From assembly GCA_977017575.1 (NCBI GenBank), contig CDRNVI010000021.1, positions 248,001 through 312,000 on the forward strand: a stretch of DNA of 64,000 nt. Direction: 5' to 3'. Of the stretch, positions 62,163 through 64,000 are shown piece after piece (position 1 is the stretch's first letter; every line of letters begins with the position of its first letter). The notes under the pieces are model-generated. The model saw only the letters and a program-made list of their open reading frames with translations, was not told the origin of the DNA and did no database searches. A program made the position numbers and the translations under genes. This DNA comes from Paramoeba atlantica. Its lineage: Eukaryota; Protista; Discosea.

Positions 62163-64000
62163 ATGAGTGAGCCGTCAGCCCGCGAGCTTTATCTTATTCA
62201 TGAGAAAATGGAGGCACGTGACTTTCACGGCGCACTAAGATTAATAAACAAGAGTCTCTCAGCGCGTACTCCCACCGCCTCTACACGTTACAAGGCCTGG
62301 CGCGCGTACTGTCTGTTGGGCATCGGACAAGCTGACGAAGCTCTCATCGCTGCCAACGAGTTACTGGAGCTGAAGCCAAATGATCTGTATGATCCCGGCA
62401 CCATCGCCTCGCTGGTCTCGATCTATCAATACTACGGGGGGCACCAATGCCAGGGTAGAATCCAGGAACTCTACTGTGGAGCGTGGCAAACCCAGGGTGG
62501 TGCGGAAGTGGGTGAGGCCTACGCATTGGCGTTGGCCTCAACACGAGATTATGGGGCATTTCGTGCCGTCGCGTTACGTCTGCTACAGAATACAGGTGAG
62601 TATCGATTCCGTGTGTGGATGACTGTGTCGAATGTTTTAGAGGAGAATACAACACATCATGTTCTGGGTCTTCGTCTTCTTCAGAAAATTTGTCTTTCAG
62701 AAGATATTATTCGGGTAATGCCCTCGCTATTGGAGAGGCAGCAAATGGCATACTTGTACATGTACGCTGCAATGCAGTGCATCGAGGAGTCATCCCAAAT
62801 TTGCGGACAGTCTTCTGCGACCGAGAGAAATGGAATTGGTCATCTGGAGCAATGTTCTCTGTGCATATTTTCTGAAGAAATACTAGCGTACGATCTGTCG
62901 GACCAGTCAAATAAGAATACTTTTACGAGGACAAACGTGTGGCAATCACTCGGTCTTCCATTAGGATGGGCTCTTGCTACTTTGCTAGATGAGTTTATCA
63001 GGAAAACAAAAGCACTCTGTTCACAGTGCGTAATAAAAAGCCAGTCAATGGCGCGATTCCTGCTCACTTCTCGAAAAATCCGTGCAGATGTAAAGAATAC
63101 TCTATTTTTGGACGTAACGGAGAATGCCAAATACTTTCATTGCTTTATACAAACCTACAGTAAGCAAGAGGGTGTACAGCTTTTGGCTCTTGAAACTCAA
63201 TGTTCAGACACTCCTGAATGGGTACGTAGAAAAGAAACCCCTCCAACTGTCTACGAGGCTGTGAAGACACTTCAGTTTTCAGATGATAGACTAAAAGATA
63301 GTACATACCTTGAGGCTTTGCTAAGGTCCGCTCCTGATGCGGAAAAGTGGTGTGACACTCTATTGGATTTTCTGTCTAAGTGGGGACGCAAGAATACATG
63401 GATATGTTACATGGACGTGAAACTTCCTATTCTTCGATATCTGGGGAAACGACATTGTGAAACTTCTTTGCACGAACAAATTGAATTACTTGATTCCGCT
63501 TTAACAAAGTGTGGAAGCATTAGCCTTGTTTTGCAAATGCATCTTTTGCTACTTGTTCACGCCCGCTCTGTATCACCCAGCGCTTTGAAGGAACGCAATT
63601 GGTCGGAGCTCATACTTCAGTGCGAAAAAAAATGTGAACCATCACTCCACCGAAATTTTGTGATCGTGTGGGCCTTGTTGCATAAAAAACAAACTTGGGC
63701 AGCAATGTCTTTTCTTGAGGACTCACCAGAATTGAAGGAAGACTCGAGCAATATTCTACTGCTATTGAATTGTGTTCTTGGTAGTAGGCAACTTTGCTTT
63801 GATATGAAAATACCACAAGTTTTGGGTCTTCGCAGTATTCAACTTGAGACGTTACATTTTCTTTACTTCTATACTCTGCGCGACAGCCTTTTCTTGCCGC
63901 TCCTACACGAGAGCTGTGAGTCAGCGTGTGTGTTTTATAATGAAACACTGCGACGGGAATTGTATGAGCTACGAAGCAGTTCCATACGTCGAGGTGCGTG
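62163..64000 (+). CDS. NAA25: NatB auxiliary subunit NAA25/MDM20-like TPR protein (partial, runs off the window; missing from the ORF track)
   Basis: Manually translated open frame from ATG 62163 to the window end. TPR-like N-terminus (LYLIHEKMEARDFHGALRLINK); LGLRSIQLETLHFL..FYN resembles the NAA25 conserved block. Confidence 0.6.
   Translation, partial: MSEPSARELYLIHEKMEARDFHGALRLINKSLSARTPTASTRYKAWRAYCLLGIGQADEALIAANELLELKPNDLYDPGTIASLVSIYQYYGGHQCQGRIQELYCGAWQTQGGAEVGEAYALALASTRDYGAFRAVALRLLQNTGEYRFRVWMTVSNVLEENTTHHVLGLRLLQKICLSEDIIRVMPSLLERQQMAYLYMYAAMQCIEESSQICGQSSATERNGIGHLEQCSLCIFSEEILAYDLSDQSNKNTFTRTNVWQSLGLPLGWALATLLDEFIRKTKALCSQCVIKSQSMARFLLTSRKIRADVKNTLFLDVTENAKYFHCFIQTYSKQEGVQLLALETQCSDTPEWVRRKETPPTVYEAVKTLQFSDDRLKDSTYLEALLRSAPDAEKWCDTLLDFLSKWGRKNTWICYMDVKLPILRYLGKRHCETSLHEQIELLDSALTKCGSISLVLQMHLLLLVHARSVSPSALKERNWSELILQCEKKCEPSLHRNFVIVWALLHKKQTWAAMSFLEDSPELKEDSSNILLLLNCVLGSRQLCFDMKIPQVLGLRSIQLETLHFLYFYTLRDSLFLPLLHESCESACVFYNETLRRELYELRSSSIRRGA

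Noticed and set aside
1-64000. tRNA, rRNA, snRNA genes
   Set aside because: No convincing cloverleaf, A/B boxes or rRNA signatures recognised by eye; tRNAscan-SE/Infernal would be needed to exclude them.

Overview
Eukaryotic, intron-free window that looks kinetoplastid. Evidence: about 30 protein genes head-to-tail on the + strand from 11.8 kb to the window end, an H2B.V-type histone, and no spliceosomal introns needed to read conserved genes. The compact layout and LRR gene suggest a Perkinsela-like lineage, which is an inference and not verified. Bases 1-11.7 kb are a nested transposon graveyard: a CRE/SLACS-like retroelement end, a PIF/Harbinger/ISL2EU-type DDE transposase split by a TA-flanked MITE, a degenerate HERO/R2-group RLE retrotransposon with four tandem Cys/His fingers and a 1,016-bp insertion, Tc1-like ends, (CATA)84, and several large hairpins. 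The gene cluster encodes NSUN5-like, NBS1-like FHA, TBCC, a PP6/PP4-like pseudogene, RRM, phosducin-like, a 5'-nucleotidase-ectodomain receptor kinase next to an ecto-5'-nucleotidase, HBS1, USP7-like, mL49, PHD-bromodomain, WDR75/UTP17, H2B.V, SAE1-like, LRR, NIF phosphatase, cpn60, CDK-like and NAA25-like proteins. The most striking unexplained signal is about a dozen ~0.5-1.5 kb islands, mostly inside genes, that are C-rich on the left and G-rich on the right on the + strand. They affect synonymous sites, pseudogene decay and in-frame insertions. All family assignments come from motif recognition by eye; no database search was run.
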